From Octopus sinensis (Eukaryota), in the NCBI RefSeq assembly GCF_006345805.1, contig NC_043015.1, positions 29,760,001 to 29,824,000 of the forward strand: DNA of 64,000 nt, written 5' to 3'. The translations under genes and the position numbers were made by a program. The notes under the pieces are model-generated. The model was not told where the DNA came from and made no database searches. It saw only the letters and a list, made by a program, of their open reading frames with translations. Of the stretch, positions 12,986 through 27,333 are shown in pieces; within the stretch, counting starts at the first letter, position 1; every line of letters begins with the position of its first letter.

Positions 12986-14173
12986 TATAATTTATAATTG
13001 TTTTTATATTTGTTACATTTGAATTTTATTTTTAAAATAACTTTTATAATGATTAAACGCACGTTTATTTGATTGGAATAAGACCATGCTAGAGCACCAC
13101 CTTCGAGGGCTTAAACCATCATATCGATTCTGTACCCTCTGGGTGTTTTATCGAACTATTTCCATAGAAGCACGAATTTGTGTTTCTGCAGACCAAATTC
13201 CATTTGCAAGACATTGGTTTACTGGAGACTACAGTAAAAGACATCCAATGTACCTCGTGGTAATTCGATCTCGAAACCACGTAGTTGGGATACAAATCTT
13301 CCAACTATAAAACTCGTATTTGTATTTTGTATGTTCAAAAGTCAAATTAGTGGCTTTTCACGTTTCAAGATGAGCTATTTTTCTAATTCTGACAAGTATA
13401 TCACGGTCAATATCGAATGTAGTCCGAACTCCCCAAAATGCTTCGAAACCACTTATTGATATTGAAAAGGCAAGAGCAAAAGTAATCAAATGGTTTAACC
13501 ATGCCTCTCAGCCAATGTTTAATGAACAAACTACCAAAACTTTAAAATTATAAGAGCAACGAGCATAATGCCAATGTTACAAAATGAGAAAAAATGTCAC
13601 TGCAGTCCAAGTGTACAGGAAATAATTTTAGCTTCAAAACATCACCAGCAAAAATAAACGAAATGAAACGGTCATTAAGATACGATACTGGTAGTGGCAG
13701 AATATCTTGTTTTACTCATTTAGAAATTGAATCAAGATTTCAATAACAGTTTCCTTGTTTTGAGGTTAAAGTTATTTCTTTAATTTCAAAATGAATACAA
13801 AATAGTTGAATGTATTTTAAGTGATAATTATAGAGAAGTTCAAAATCTCATATGCCAACGTAAAGCTTGGAAAGTCGGCGCCAACCAAATTACTGGTAGT
13901 AAGGTGACTGTTCGATGCTTAACATCACTTGTACTTCACTGTATTCATAAAAAAAACCCCAGTGGTAAATGAATTCAATTGAAAACAGTTTTGTAAACAT
14001 TTACCATTCGTTTAAAAGTAGTAGACTGGCGTTTTATCCATGGGAAAATCTAAACTGCCGAACCTATTTGCAGCCAAGATATACTATCTAACTTAAGGCT
14101 GCACCAGTAGTAATGGAAAGGGGATATAAAGAGAAGAGGTATAGAACAAAGTCAATAAAACGTAGGGATCTCT

Positions 14174-15197
14174 GCTGTTGGAAATTGCACTTATGCTCGA
14201 GTTCTGATTTGAAGGGTTGATTAATTCATAGAAAATTACTTCTAATCCCAAATTTAAGCTTTGAAAAACTGGAAGCAATTTAAGGAAGTATCATTGTATT
14301 AATTTTTTCCAATGGTTGATTTATGCCGAAAGTCTTCTCGACGATAGGATAAAGGGTTCAATTGACCTGGAGTTTCAAAAAAATGTTTCCATTTAATAGT
14401 GCTGAGTTATTTTTGAGAATAAGCTATCTACAGTTGTGATCGGGGATGAATGTTCTCGTCCAAATCCATGAGAGTTAAAAACTTGCAACTGTGCTGCCAT
14501 AGCAATCTGTTACTCCAATAGTTCCCGCTCGTGTCTAATTTCTCCTTCCCGCATTAGTCAAAAATATTACAAAAAATACCCCATACTGGATAGGATTAAC
14601 TAAAGCTACAAACGCCATACTTAATTTTTCGAGCAATTTATTCTTGTACAGGTGATGTCTTTCACTACCTTCTCTAATTAACTCCAGACTAAGATAGGTT
14701 GGTGTGCCGTGATGAATAGAGACTTTAATGTGGAAGAATATTTTAATATAGTTGGTTCTTTTTCAACGAACATTCCCTCTCAAGTATGATCTCATAACCT
14801 CAGTTCAATAAATTAATCTCATCGTTTATGCTTATAAATTATACAACGTTTTTACGTAAGTGGATTATGGTGCCATAAGAGTTCCTAATTAAGTCGATTT
14901 CACAGTTGGTTTCGATTCCTGGCTATAGTTAGTTTACATTGTGTGTTGTTAAAAGTTGTGTGAAAAACATTATTCCTCCGATGTTAAAAAGATTCTGAAA
15001 GTTGGGTGGTTATGAGATTAACATTACTGACCTCAGCACCTCTAGTTTTGATGCAACGAGTAATGTTCCGTGACCGCTGTTGGAAATTGCTTTTATGCTC
15101 GAGTTCTGATTTGAGGGTTTGATTAATCCAGGGAAAATTACTTCTAATCCCAGTTTTAAGCTTTGAAAAACGGGAATTTAAGGAAGTATCTTTGTAT
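14174..15197 (+). repeat. ~123-bp direct repeat pair (14174-14298 and 15076-15197)
   Basis: GCTGTTGGAAATTGC..TTATGCTCGAGTTCTGATTTGA..GATTAAT..GAAAATTACTTCTAATCCCA..TTAAGCTTTGAAAAAC..TTTAAGGAAGTATC occurs twice, 902 bp apart. Confidence 0.85.
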
Positions 15198-17299
15198 CAA
15201 AATTCAATACTAATCGAACCGAGCAAAAGCAACAAAGAAAAAAAAAACATTCCATTTGTGTCTTTTTGTTTGTTAAGGATAAACAAATATCCCCAGGGAT
15301 GACTATCTTTTACTTGTTTCAGAGTGTGGCCGTGCTGGGGCACCGTCTTGAAGGATTTAGCCGAACATTCACACCCAGTATTATTTTTTAATGTCATGTA
15401 CTTATTCTATCAGTCTATTTTGCCGAACTGTTAAGTTTCGGTGGTGAAGCGCAAACAAACACCGATTGTGAAGCGGTGGCTAACAACGACACACGTGGTA
15501 TTGGTCGGTCAGGGGCTGTTGTAAAAGGCACCCAAAGTGCCGCGCAATGAGACTGAACTCGAAACCACGTGTTGCAAAGCGAGCATCTTAACCACATGTC
15601 TATGCCTGTCCCAAACAAATCAAGAGTGACTAGTGGGAGATTCGACCTATAGTCTGTCGAACGACTTAATAAAGACTTCTTTGTTGGCTCAAAATATGAA
15701 CCGTTATTGATTTAGATCTACGATCAAATTAATTCCAGCCATGTCCATCTCTTTTCTAGGAATTATATTCAATGTATTCTTTCCCATGGCAGTAGAGCTT
15801 TCACTTTAATTTTCATTACTATTTCTTGCTGGTAGAACGACCACGCAAAAGATAGTCGTCCTGTGATTGGTGTTTATAATTCCAAGTCTGATTGATTAAA
15901 TCTATGATGAAAGATATTCCTACAATGGTAATTGTGTACAATGTGCCCTTTTCAGACAGTAAAACGGGATTTGAGAGCGATTCAGCTGTTATTTCTACCA
16001 GGCCTAGCTACGAATAGAGGTTCTCTTGCGGATCGTAGCCCCTTATGTTCTATAGTGGGAGACAACGTCACTGCCACTTCATGGTTGAGCGATTAAACAG
16101 TAGGAAACCGGACAGACGTCCAGCTGCAAAAACACTTGTTCCAATAATTCAAATAGTAGTTACCGACTTTCTCAAAGCCACTCTACACATGCTAGTAAGG
16201 GATGTAAGAAAACATGTAAAAATACCGGTTTTTTTTTTTATAATCTAAAGTATCATATTCCGACGGCAATAGAAATTACTCGAAATAGGTCATCGTCAAA
16301 GCTGACGAAGAAAACTTTTACACAAATGTCTCATTCTCCCGCCAGTCGCAATCTTGTTGCATTTCAGCGTGTGACTTTGAAACTAAGAGAAAAAGAAATA
16401 GAAGATAAAGCAGTGACTGGCTTCTGAAAGATTAAAACCTTCTGGGAATGGAAATGAAGAAAACTCCTCAATGTTTTAAAATCGAAGATAATTTATATTG
16501 AGCTTTGCTGTAACTTAACTGCCAGACTGATGAGAAAACTTGTTAATTAATGAACCAACTCTTTCGGAAGGGAATATTCTGACTAATGATTCATGATAAA
16601 TTTTCGGCTAAAGACAAGAAGCTGAAAAGAATTCTTAATTACTAAGGATGTAATTTTGATTATGAATTTATTGGCTTAATACAAATATACTGGCGCTCCC
16701 TTTACTATCGAATTTGTTTAAATCGAAGCAATCTGCTGCTCAAGGAACGAAATTCATTTCTAAAATTATGAAGAGATATCTTAAAGCCATTTTAAAGTAT
16801 GTATTGGTAATTTTAATTACACATGCAAAAATGATGCTAGTTGGGCACTCATATTTTGAACCTTACATCTCCTTAAAAGTTTGCAATTATTACAAACAAA
16901 ACATTCCTGATACTAATTCCAAACTTCAGAAAACGAACCACACCACCGCTACCACTTGCTTGAATAAATAAGATTGTATGCAGATATCACTATAAAGCAC
17001 AAATTAAGAATATCAGCGATAGAAAAGAGTATTGCATTATTTGCTCAAGTGTTTTGCTAGAAGGTAGTTGCCGCCAGCATTTGCTTACATGTCAAAAGGA
17101 ACCTATGGTTCTTGGAGTTATTAGAGGGAATCAAATCCATTCTGAAATCTACATTACAGATTGTTAAAACGCATATTAAAACTTTATCGAAATCAATGTA
17201 AAAAGCAATGAGACCCTCATTTAATTAGTAACTGCATTTAATTAGTAACCCATAAAAGGTTTTGTCGTCTTTGGATTTTAATAAATCTAAACGACAATT

Positions 17300-17480
17300 T
17301 CTTGTAAGATTCTTGATAAGAAGCTTTGCTGAAAAGGTATTTTGGGAAGAAGGTCATTCTGACAAAAAGAACAGTTATTCTAAATGTTTTGGGGCTTTAG
17401 TAAGTTTAACTGACAATTTAAGATTTTTGATAAGAAACCGTGTTGAAAGATATTTTTGAGAAGGTCATTCTGACAAAAAC
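17300..17480 (+). repeat. Degenerate ~110-bp tandem duplication
   Basis: AAGATT(C/T)TTGATAAGAA...GAAGGTCATTCTGACAAAAA occurs twice. Confidence 0.65.
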
Positions 17481-19008
17481 CACACCGTCAAAGTCTTTCA
17501 CCACCCAGTAGCCTTCACGAATAGAAATTTAGTAATCATATAAAGGAGACTTTATAAGAATCGAACATACTGACTTATTAAATACATCCTGATATCAATA
17601 ATTTGTATGAACGCATTTAGGCATAAACGTCTGCAATGTGAGAATCTGGGCGGTTATTCAACCAACATATTGATCTAATCTCAAGTATTTATTCAATCAA
17701 TAAATCCTTTGTTGGGAATATACCATTAACCATATCGTTTTAATGGTTATTTATATATTTTAAGGAATAGTAGCTTGTTGTATAGATTTGCACATATATT
17801 CATTCACAACAGCTGAATCTTGTTCAAAAGCCCCTTTAGTTGTTAAATAAAAATACTGCTTATTTCCCGCTATGGCGGTAAAAAAAAAAGCTGTCAGAGA
17901 CAGATTGCAATTTGTGGAATGTGATCTAGAACCTTGACATTTGGGGTCAACTGTTTAACAAACATTTGACTGCATTTATGAAATTTGGACATTTTCATAC
18001 TGTCGGAGCTCTAATGTTTCAACGACTACTTTTTCCGACTGCTTGTTAGCAGTACTGTATGAACTTTACTTGACTCAGCTGCTATGCCTTTCCCATGGAC
18101 AGATTCACTGCTGTTGTAAAACGTTTGGATCAACCTTTTAACCACACAAATTCCTGAATTATAATTTCAGCATATTTGTTTACCCCCCCCCAAAAAAAAA
18201 CAACCTTTTGAATCAACATAAAGCTGCTAAAAATATTCGTAAAATGAGGTATCCATAACCTTAACAGTTAATCTACTATCCGTTACTGTTCATTCGATGA
18301 TTATATTGAAACACTCCGAAACTATTTTGTACTTACATAATCTCAAACCCTATTAGTGATTATTTGTTCAGGACGTTGTGATTTGAGGGCGATTTGGCAG
18401 TTATTTCCAGCAGGTCGAGTTACGAAATAGAGGTCCTGTGGCTGGATAATGTTGGGGTTAATCAACGATTTAACCAACCAATTTGCATTATAGCTGGAAT
18501 TTCAATATTTAAAGCTGATCAATGATTTTCAGATAACCTTTTGAAACTGGAAAGAGACGTTGGCCTTTAACGAGTAAATAGACTATTTTAGTTGCTGAAC
18601 TATTTTATTAGTCATAAAATCACGAAGCTGCTATTGTTATGCTTTTCCAGTCAGCACAAGAAAACATCTACCAATCCTGTGCATTGGCAAAATGTGCTAA
18701 AGTCTAATGTTGACTCACTCATTTTCTGTATGTCATGACCTAAGCCACCAAAGTGAACAGTAAAATCCAACAAGTTCGCTATTGTATATTAAATTTAGTT
18801 TTGCTGAGCTGGTTCACTGAAGCTCTAAACTTGTCTCGTTAAAATTTAATCATCGCATTTGTAATCCGAAATACTTCTGTACCACAATTGCGAATTAAAA
18901 GCAAATGCGTAATGATTTATTAGAACCATAATGCAAGCGGTTGAAATTCGACTTAGCTTTACATTCTATAGATTCGTTTGTAGTCTGTGAGTGATTATAT
19001 AATCAATG

Positions 19009-19039
<31 letters not shown>

Positions 19040-19946
19040 GATTCAATCATTGGATTGCAGCTGTTCTAGGATACCGTTTCGAAGGGTTTAGCCGATCAAA
19101 TGGGATACAAACTACTTTTAAGTTTAGTACTTATTCTTTTAGTTTCCTTTTGCCGATCTTTGTAGTTACGGGGGACGTAAACAAACCCACAATGGCTGTC
19201 AAGCTGTGAGCCATGAACAAACACACACAACACACAAAATGGAGTTTCTGTGAATTTTCAGTCAAGCTCGGTCGGAGTTGTTGAAGCAAAGCGCAGCGGA
19301 ACTGAACCAAAAACTACGCAGTTACAAAGCGAACTCCTCAACCATACAATCATGGCTTTTAGCTTTTGAGAGTCTGTATATCAGCAGGATTGAACTCATT
19401 CGAGATCTTAAGAATTATCACCGAAAAGCTAGCATAGAAAAAGTTAATGCATTCACTTATTCAAATGAAACAAGAACCATTAGGATAACTTCTGTCGATT
19501 TTACTCAGAATCTTAGGGTTTGCCTTCAGTATGATTTACTATTTGGACTCAGTCAAAGAAAAACTCTTCACTCTCCACTCACAAAATTCCTTTTCACAAA
19601 TAACTGCTTAAAAAAAGTTTAGAAACCCAGACTTGAATTTTATCTTCCCCTATAGTATAAGATGTTGCCAAATACATAGAGATTCTTATGACGGGCACTG
19701 ATGCATGAAAACTTCACATCTCTGATGTTTGATATAAAAAGAAAAACCCTATCAACTGTTTATCGTAATATTCTTATGCAGTAACATGTTTGAAAACGAA
19801 ACCCCACTTTCATTTTGCAAGTCACTGAACATTTAGAAAGGAGAATCTCCAGGCTACAACATATCCCCGAATATTTCATGCCAACGAAGGAGCTACACAT
19901 CTTTTCGCTTTCACGCATCAGAAGCTTTTTGTTTTTGAAAATTTCT

Positions 19947-20259
19947 ATGGTTGTGTGGTAAGAATCTTGCTTCCCAACCACGTGGTTCCGGGTTCAGAAC
20001 CATTGCGTTGCACCTTAATTCTTGTGAGTGGATTTGGGAGACGAAAACTGAAAGAAGCCCGTCGTGTGTGTGTGTGTGTGGCGTGTGCGTTTGTCCCCAT
20101 CGCTTGACAACCGATGTTGATGCTTACGTCCTCGTATCTAGCAGTTCGGCAAAAGAGACTGATAGAATAAGTACTAGGCTTACAAAGAATAAGTCCTGGA
20201 GTCGATTTGTTCGACTAAAGGCGGTGCTCCAGCATAGCTAGAGTCAAATGACTGAAACT
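19947..20259 (+). mobile_element. tRNA-derived SINE family B, internally deleted
   Basis: GTGTGGTAAG head, GGTTCCGGGTTCAG B-box, internal (GT)n, and 3' end GGCGGTGCTCCAGCAT...AAATGACTGAAAC. Confidence 0.8.
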
Positions 20260-20264
20260 ATACT

Positions 20265-21150
20265 AAAATCATAATTTTTGGTGGGGAGAAATTAAAAATA
20301 AAAAGCTACGTAACTTAAGTTTATGAATTTCAGCTTACGAGATGCGGTCAGTTTTGACATGAGCGGAAGTCGAAATTGCCATGTATTCTAATGCATAGAA
20401 ACATTGAACCAGTGTGTGCGAATATATTGAAACGAAACAATTTAAAGCAGCTCAGAGAAGCAAATAATTGAGAACTATCCTGAACATTCGAATGAGAAGT
20501 CTGGAGGAAGACTTTGAAGAGGAAGGACGATGCAATAAGCCATTTCCAAAAGAAGGAAACGATGCTGAGGAATAGACGGTCGTTGAAAAGATGGGAGGTG
20601 CAAATGAATCACAGGCAGCAGCATGGTTGATCCCAACAACTGTGCGCAGAACACCTACTTCGTAACCCGATGCATACAGGTGGTCTTTGAACGATCATTG
20701 CAGAAAATGTAGTTCAGCGCTAAATTTCAGATTTCATAAGTTCATTTGTTTCATTTTATTTTCACAATTTTAGTTTTCTTTCATGAAATGTTTGTCACGA
20801 TTTCATTATTACTTTCTCACAAAATAATGAATTATCGAAAATATGGGTAAAAAAACCCCAAAAAACTGCGGAGAAATGTGTTATATGAGACAAACGGGTC
20901 TCCTAAAAGTAAAGACAAATGGTGAGTAAACGTGGCAGTTACGACTTCTGGTGAACCGAAAATGAACGCATCGGATTGACTGAAATTCCTAAAAATTTTC
21001 AATTTCTAAAGTTCAACTTCTCCCACCAAAATGATTATAATTTTCATAATTAGCGTTGAAGATTACATTTATGTTGAGTTTCAAAATAATCGGATACGCT
21101 ATGGGAAACCGAAAAGATCCGGAGTCTCTACGAGGCAGCTCGTACTGTTA
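20265..21150. mobile_element. Degenerate DNA-transposon-like remnant
   Basis: Imperfect inverted repeat TTTTGGTGGGGAGAA (about 20275-20290) versus TTCTCCCACCAAAA (about 21019-21033). No ORF is recognisable. Confidence 0.3.
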
Positions 21151-24100
21151 GACATTTGTCGTATATTCACTGCCTTAAAGAATGAACTGAATGGATAGTA
21201 TATGTTAGATACCATTGTCTAGGGTTTGGAGTGGGGCAGATGATCACATCTGAATTCCTTTGATTATAGGACTACTCGATCACGTCAGATCTGAAGTCAA
21301 TTTATAAACCGATGTTAGCATGTAAAACAAAACAAAAAACCCCAAAAATCTAAAACCCATTTTGTCAGAAAACCAGACGAAAACCGATATTAGTTTCAAG
21401 ATATCCCTTTTTATCTAAAAAAATAATTCTTCGAAAAAGTAGAATTTGCCATCTAAAAGGTCAAATCGTCAATTCTAATCAAAGTTCCTTCTTTGAAACT
21501 GAACATAAAATGGTGGCACTAATTATTGATGTATTATATTGGAGGAAAGCAGGAAAAAGACATTGTCAAATTCCCGTAGAAAAAGAGAAAAAAAAACCCA
21601 GTTTCTAAGAGACGGAAATTCTATTTTTTCTTTCCCAATTTGGTTAACAGTAAAAGACACTAATGGATTTTAGATAGAAATCTAGTAGGGTTGTTGTCTA
21701 TCATCGTTTGGCATTCATAGTTCCTTAAGCGAAATTAACAGGACTACTGAATATAGTTATAGGAGAGGTTTTAAAATGACTGAAAAATGAAAAGGATAGT
21801 GGGAGAAAAACAATGGCAATGAAACCAGAACAAGTTTTAGGGAAAGAAAAAAATTATCCACCCCTCCAGCATAAGACAAAATGAAAAACAAAACCAGGCT
21901 AGAAAGAGCATTTACCGCCCTCTTTCCAAATTCCAGTCTCAAATGTGTAAAAAATAAAAAATAAAATGAATAAAGCAATGTATTTTCCCCTTTATCCCCC
22001 ACCTTTAGATGAAGCAGCTCTGATAAATAAGCAATTATTTACACTGATTGCTTATAATTGATGCAATTACCACTAAAAGCTTGACATTTCCTGCGAGGCC
22101 CATTCCAGTGGACTTAAAGCTATACCCTAGTTTCTAAGAGGTAAAACTCTTTTTTTTTTTACCGATCTTTATAACAGACTCCCAGTCTTTTATCACAACT
22201 TCACTCCTACACGTCTGAAGAGGTTAAAATACAGTTGTATGCTTCTAGAAACGAGAATAAGTGATCTCTGTCATAAAAAAAAAAAAAAACATATGGAGGA
22301 TGGTTGTATGGTGTGTAGGTTGGATAGGTTATTAATTTTGTAAATTAAGCAACAACAAATTGGGTCTTATTAAGAATTTTCCCTCTTGCTCTTGGTCTCA
22401 TCTTTGGTGTTTATAATTTCTGGCTAAAGGCGGGGAAACAAAATCTGGTTCGTGACTTGGTTTGGTACAGAATGTGGGTCACTTCCGCCTTGAAGAGCCA
22501 GTACTTTGCCTTGCTTTAAGACACTTGGCTCCTTAAGTATACAGCGGAAGACGTAACACTCAACTCGGAGTACCAGTTGACCTTCCAGATCAGAAAGAAA
22601 AAGGGGAGAGTGTGTGTGGGGGCAACGGAGGCGTTGAGAGTATCTTTTGTATACAATAGCTGAGTTGGTTGAGTAAAATTATAGTGTGAGAATGTGACGG
22701 TAGGCACGTCTACAGTTCGTATCACGCCACTGGCGCTACGATCTTCCAAATGGCTGTGGGTTCAGCATCGTTAAGCTTTTCGCATGTTTCCTATGCTAGG
22801 TTCAAATAGGACTTGGATCAAACAACTCGATTCGCACAAATGTGATAAGAAACTTGAAAGTGTCTTTAATCTGTAGTCAATGAAAACCACATTCTCTGAA
22901 ATAACTCGAGTAGATGGTCAGACTAAATATCTTCCAATTTATTCTTGAAAGTTAATACAGGTATTAAGAACCAACCAACAATCCAGTATTGTCTCGCCTG
23001 ACTCCCATAGGTTCACCAAGTGTAGCAGTTGCGAGAACAAGCAGTTCGTACTGTGCACGATCTTCAAAATTTATTGCAGTTTTGGCTGTGATAAAGTTCT
23101 CAGAACGTCCAATCGAAACTGCAAACATGTCTAAACGAGGAAGAAAATCTGGGTTTCTATTCCCATGTCGTTAAACTGATGATTAAAAACTCATCAAAAT
23201 AAGATGTTAGTCACACGGTAGGTAACTTCATCAGCAAAGAAAACTCACCCGTTAGGAAAAATTAAGTGTCTTGTTGCAAAGTCAAAACACCTGAAGTATG
23301 ACATTGAACTCACGGTCTATGGAGTACAAAGTCTGAAAGTGCTCATCTGCTAGTAGAAGGCATTCTGTTCTATATGAGCGCAAGTGCAGGGCTTTGTAAC
23401 AAAATATAGGAGTAAAAACTAAGGCATTGCAAACAATACATCACCAAACTTCAAAGTGTACAAAATAACGATCTGTAATTACATTTCTGAACATATAAAC
23501 CTGTAATTTACTCTTGGTTGATTTTACCCCTATTCTTGTATCTCACAAGTTTTGCAATTTGGACTTTAGATTCAGTCTATTGGATAACGCTAATCTCAAT
23601 TCTTAATGAAGACTTGAACCAACAAGGAAATGCTCTACAGTTTTTCGACTTGCTTGAAATAGCAACCAAATCTTCCATTCATATCACATTACCATCTTAA
23701 AAAGTTAGGTTAGATTACGTCATCTGAGATTCAAAAAGTAGAGCCTGGTTTATTAGATGAAGCACTGATTTTTGGCTTTAAGATTACATCTCGCCGGAAG
23801 ATTTTCTACTGTAAAAAACCCTGATATTTAAGATATTTTGTAGAACATATTTAAAAGTCAGTGTCGCCCATTACCATTTGCATGGTAGTTTTGGTGACAA
23901 AAAATTCAGTCAAAATGATGCAAGATGGGTGAAGTAAGAATTATAACTAAGCCAATTACGTCGGAAGTCGCCAATACTCAGGAATGTCAAATATTGCCGT
24001 TGTTGTATTGTTTCGAACATATTTGAACTTTAGTATGAATTCCCCCAACCCGTTCTTCTGGGCACATCAGGCTCTAAAATGTCTGGTGAAAATTATACAC

Positions 24101-25668
24101 TGTGGTTATTTTTCAAGTTCTTGACATAACAACCAACATGTCAGAACTCTCGAAATTTTACTCCGTTTGGAATTCATTGCTAACCACGCCCAGATTCTGT
24201 CACATCCAGTATTGGCTTTCTGTTGAAAAATGTCGTTAAGGCCTCGTGGCGCTAATCTCTAATTAGATGCACGCGAGTGTGTGTGGGTGAGTGAACGCGC
24301 ACCGATCTTGAAGACTGATGTTGTATAGATCTAAGGAACCATATAAGTTCTATTTATTAATCCAGAAGGGTTGATAAATAGCATGGAAACCTTTCTTGGA
24401 ATTGGTGGGATTTAGCGCCCTTGGTGTGTTTGGAAATCTTACGCCTTAGTAACAAAGTCGAACAAATACGAGTTGTCAAAACCCTTCAATTTACAGTTCC
24501 TAGTTCGTAGAGATCAAGTTATATAATCCGTAGAGAAGAACCAGTGTCAAGGATGAGTGCTTTATCGACTGATTTCTGTTAGAAGCTATAGAGGGAGTAC
24601 CGGCATCAAATGAGCTTTACGTTTGTCCTAGGTCACTGGCGATGTTAATTTGCATAATTGTTATACAACTTGTAATTCTAAATTCAAGACCGCCCGTGAC
24701 TCTGCACAATAATGGCTATAAACTCACGCCGTGAACCTATTGAATACGTTCTATTTATGTAACTATGGATGGTATAAATGGATTATCGTGAGGAGAGAAC
24801 ACGGCCTGGTTAATCTATAGGACTTATTACTGTTCAATGCAATTCGATTCCGCGAGAATTTTTGTACACAATAGCCTTCAAATTTTCGTTGACCATATAT
24901 CTCAAAGAGTACGTAAATATGCTTCATCACCAATCTGTACTCCTTCCATGTTGCTACTTAACAATTTTGCTAATTTTTGTTGTTGGTAAAGTGGCATGAT
25001 GCATCGTCGAGGGAGAGAGGGAGAAAGAAAGACAAAAGAGCGAAAGATATGGATGGATGCAGGCGTTACAAATATTTCTCCGATGCCTTGTAGATGAGAG
25101 GAAAAGTTTGAATTTATATATAAATACCACAGCCAGTTTCAATAGAAACTGAAATTGCATGTAACATCAGATTGTCAGAAGATGCATTGATTCGTTATGT
25201 ATTCAAGGCATGTTGGTTTATTTGTAACTGAAAATGCGTGGCATACTTTCGAAATGCATTAGCTATGTATTTGAATAACAACCAAGAACTGAAGTAAGAT
25301 TGCCTTAGGGTCTTTGTAAATTATCAACTAACAAATTCCCGATAAATTGCACTAAGTTAACGCCCCCCCCACTTCCCTAGAAATAGCTTGAGATCGATTT
25401 CCTATAATGTTCCACTTTCAGTACAGCCACAACTTCATGGCTCAACCGATAAAGATTTCAATTTCAGTTTTCTTCAAATCCTGAAGCTGAGAGTATAATT
25501 ATTGCTATAGACTAAGCTTCTCTGACGGTGGCAGCAATCAGTGTGTCTGTGCACGACGGGCACGGGTACAGCAAAAGTTAGAGAAATAATCTGTGTGTAA
25601 CAGAAAGAGCGAATGTAATTAATGAATTCGGTAAAAGGAGCTGTGCGCACGTATAATAATCATATAAG

Positions 25669-26068
25669 GGTGGCGAGCTGGAAGAATCGTTAGTACGCCG
25701 GGCGAAATGCTTAGCGGTACGTTCTGAGTTCAAATTCCGCCGAGGTCAACTTTGCCTTTCATCCTTTCGGGGTCGATTAAATAAGTACCAGTTACGCACT
25801 GGGATCGATGTAATCGACTTAATCTATTTGTCTGTCCTTGTTTGTCCCCTGTGTTTAGCCCCTTGTGGGTAGTAAAGAAATAGGTATTTCGTCTGCCGTT
25901 ACGTTCTGAGTTCAAATTCCGCCGAGGTCGACTTTGCCTTTCATCCTTTCGGGGTCGATTAAATAAGTACCAGTTACGCACTGGGGGTTCGATATAATCA
26001 ACTTAATCGCTTTGTCTGTTCTTGTTTGTCCTCTCTATGTTTAGCCCTCTGTAGGCAATAAAGAAATA
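25669..26068 (+). mobile_element. SINE family A (tail type ii), dimer or nested pair
   Basis: Head, body, tail, GGTATTTCG, body, tail; flanked by a perfect 14-bp TSD AATAATCATATAAG (25655-25668 and 26069-26082). Confidence 0.9.
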
Positions 26069-26709
26069 AATAATCATATAAGTGGCAGTTGGTTCACTTC
26101 CTCATTCTTCGCATAATATCTTATTTTTCTACAGTGTTGAAGCCATTACTATTGACTAAGTTCTCATTCAGTCTGAGCAAGTTTCTTTTTTACGCTTGGA
26201 TGCCCTTGGTGGCAATCACTCAGCTGTGAACTGGAAGTAGACTATTTTGTTAGTCACAACGAGGAATTTAGCAATTTCTGAATTCTTGAAAATATTGTCT
26301 GTCAATTCCAATTCATGCACAAGCTTGAGACTAACAGATAGGTTTCAACATTTTATGTTAGACAAGCCACATGGGAAATGCTACATTTTTCAAGGCGGTG
26401 CTCCAGCATGGCCGCAGTCAAATGACAAACATTTAAAAGAATAAAAGAAAGCTGAAAAGAAGGCATCTACACTTGGTACGGGCAGTCTTTTTCGAGAAGC
26501 AGACCGCATGAGACATGGATTATCATTAGGCAGGCTGCGCAATTAGAAATAAATTCAACCTAATTTTTCATCAGGTGAGCCATTCAGAAAATCCTACATG
26601 CCGTTTTCCACCTTGAAGAGCCAACCATTTACTTTGCTTTGAGACTGATCTACAGGGTTGCTATCTTAAAGTAACAGCAACTTTATTTCTTTCCAGTCAC
26701 ACACTACAG

Positions 26710-26928
26710 CAGTGCTTTTCAACCTTTTTGCTGGAGCGGAACCCCAAGGAAACATTCCACTGGCTCGAGGAACCCCTGTGCAATAATTTAATAGTCTTCT
26801 GCACACATATCTGCACAGAAGAATTAAAAATTACTGCCGATTTTAGCAGTTTTGTAACTTCTTGCGGAACCCCTGGACTGTACTGGCGGAACCCTAAGGT
26901 TCCGCGGAACCCTGGTTGAAAACCACTG
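26710..26928. mobile_element. hAT (Charlie-like) MITE
   Basis: TIRs CAGTGCTTTTCAACC / GGTTGAAAACCACTG with 8-bp TSD CACTACAG / CCCTACAG (7 of 8, central TA). Confidence 0.85.
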
Positions 26929-27051
26929 CCCTACAGTATCAAAAGGAAAAAAAAAACAGACAGGATTACGTAATTCTAGACTGGACGGTTACGACTAGAA
27001 CGCATATTGGTCGTATGTCTTGGATAAGGGTTGACCAGAGCTAAACGCTTA

Positions 27052-27333
27052 TGCATGGCCGATGCCAGCGCCGCCTCGACTGGCTTCCGTGCCGGTGGCA
27101 CGTAAAATACACCAATCCGACCGTGGCCGTTGCCAGCCTCGCCTGGCACCTGTGCAGGTGGCACGTAAAAAGCACCCACTACACTCACGGAGTGGTTGGC
27201 GTTAGGAAGGGCATCCAGCTGTAGAAACATTGCCAGATAAGACTGGAGCCTGGTGCAGCCTTCTAGCTTCCCAGATCCCCGGTCGAACCGTCCAACCTAT
27301 GCTAGCATGGAGAACGGACGTTAAACGATGATG
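27052..27333 (+). mobile_element. RTE LINE 3' end
   Basis: Same 3' UTR with two subrepeats and an AAACGATGATG tail. Confidence 0.8.

Larger units (their letters stand above)
11535..19340 (-). mobile_element. Scattered old family B-like copies (about 11535-11840, 13050-13310, 15280-15610, 19040-19340)
   Basis: Each retains GGG(G)ACGTAAAC, CACCGTCTTGAAGG or GAACTCGAAACCAC-type fragments of the family B reverse complement. Confidence 0.5.

Noticed and set aside
16255-16295. Hammerhead-like CCGACGGCAATAGAAATTACTCGAAATAGGTC
   Set aside because: The CUGANGA box is absent and stems II and III do not pair adequately.
25669-26068. Repeat-spacer-like pattern suggesting a CRISPR array (also 36410-36805 and 52112-52722)
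   Set aside because: The units repeat in full with no unique spacers, there are no cas genes and the context is eukaryotic.
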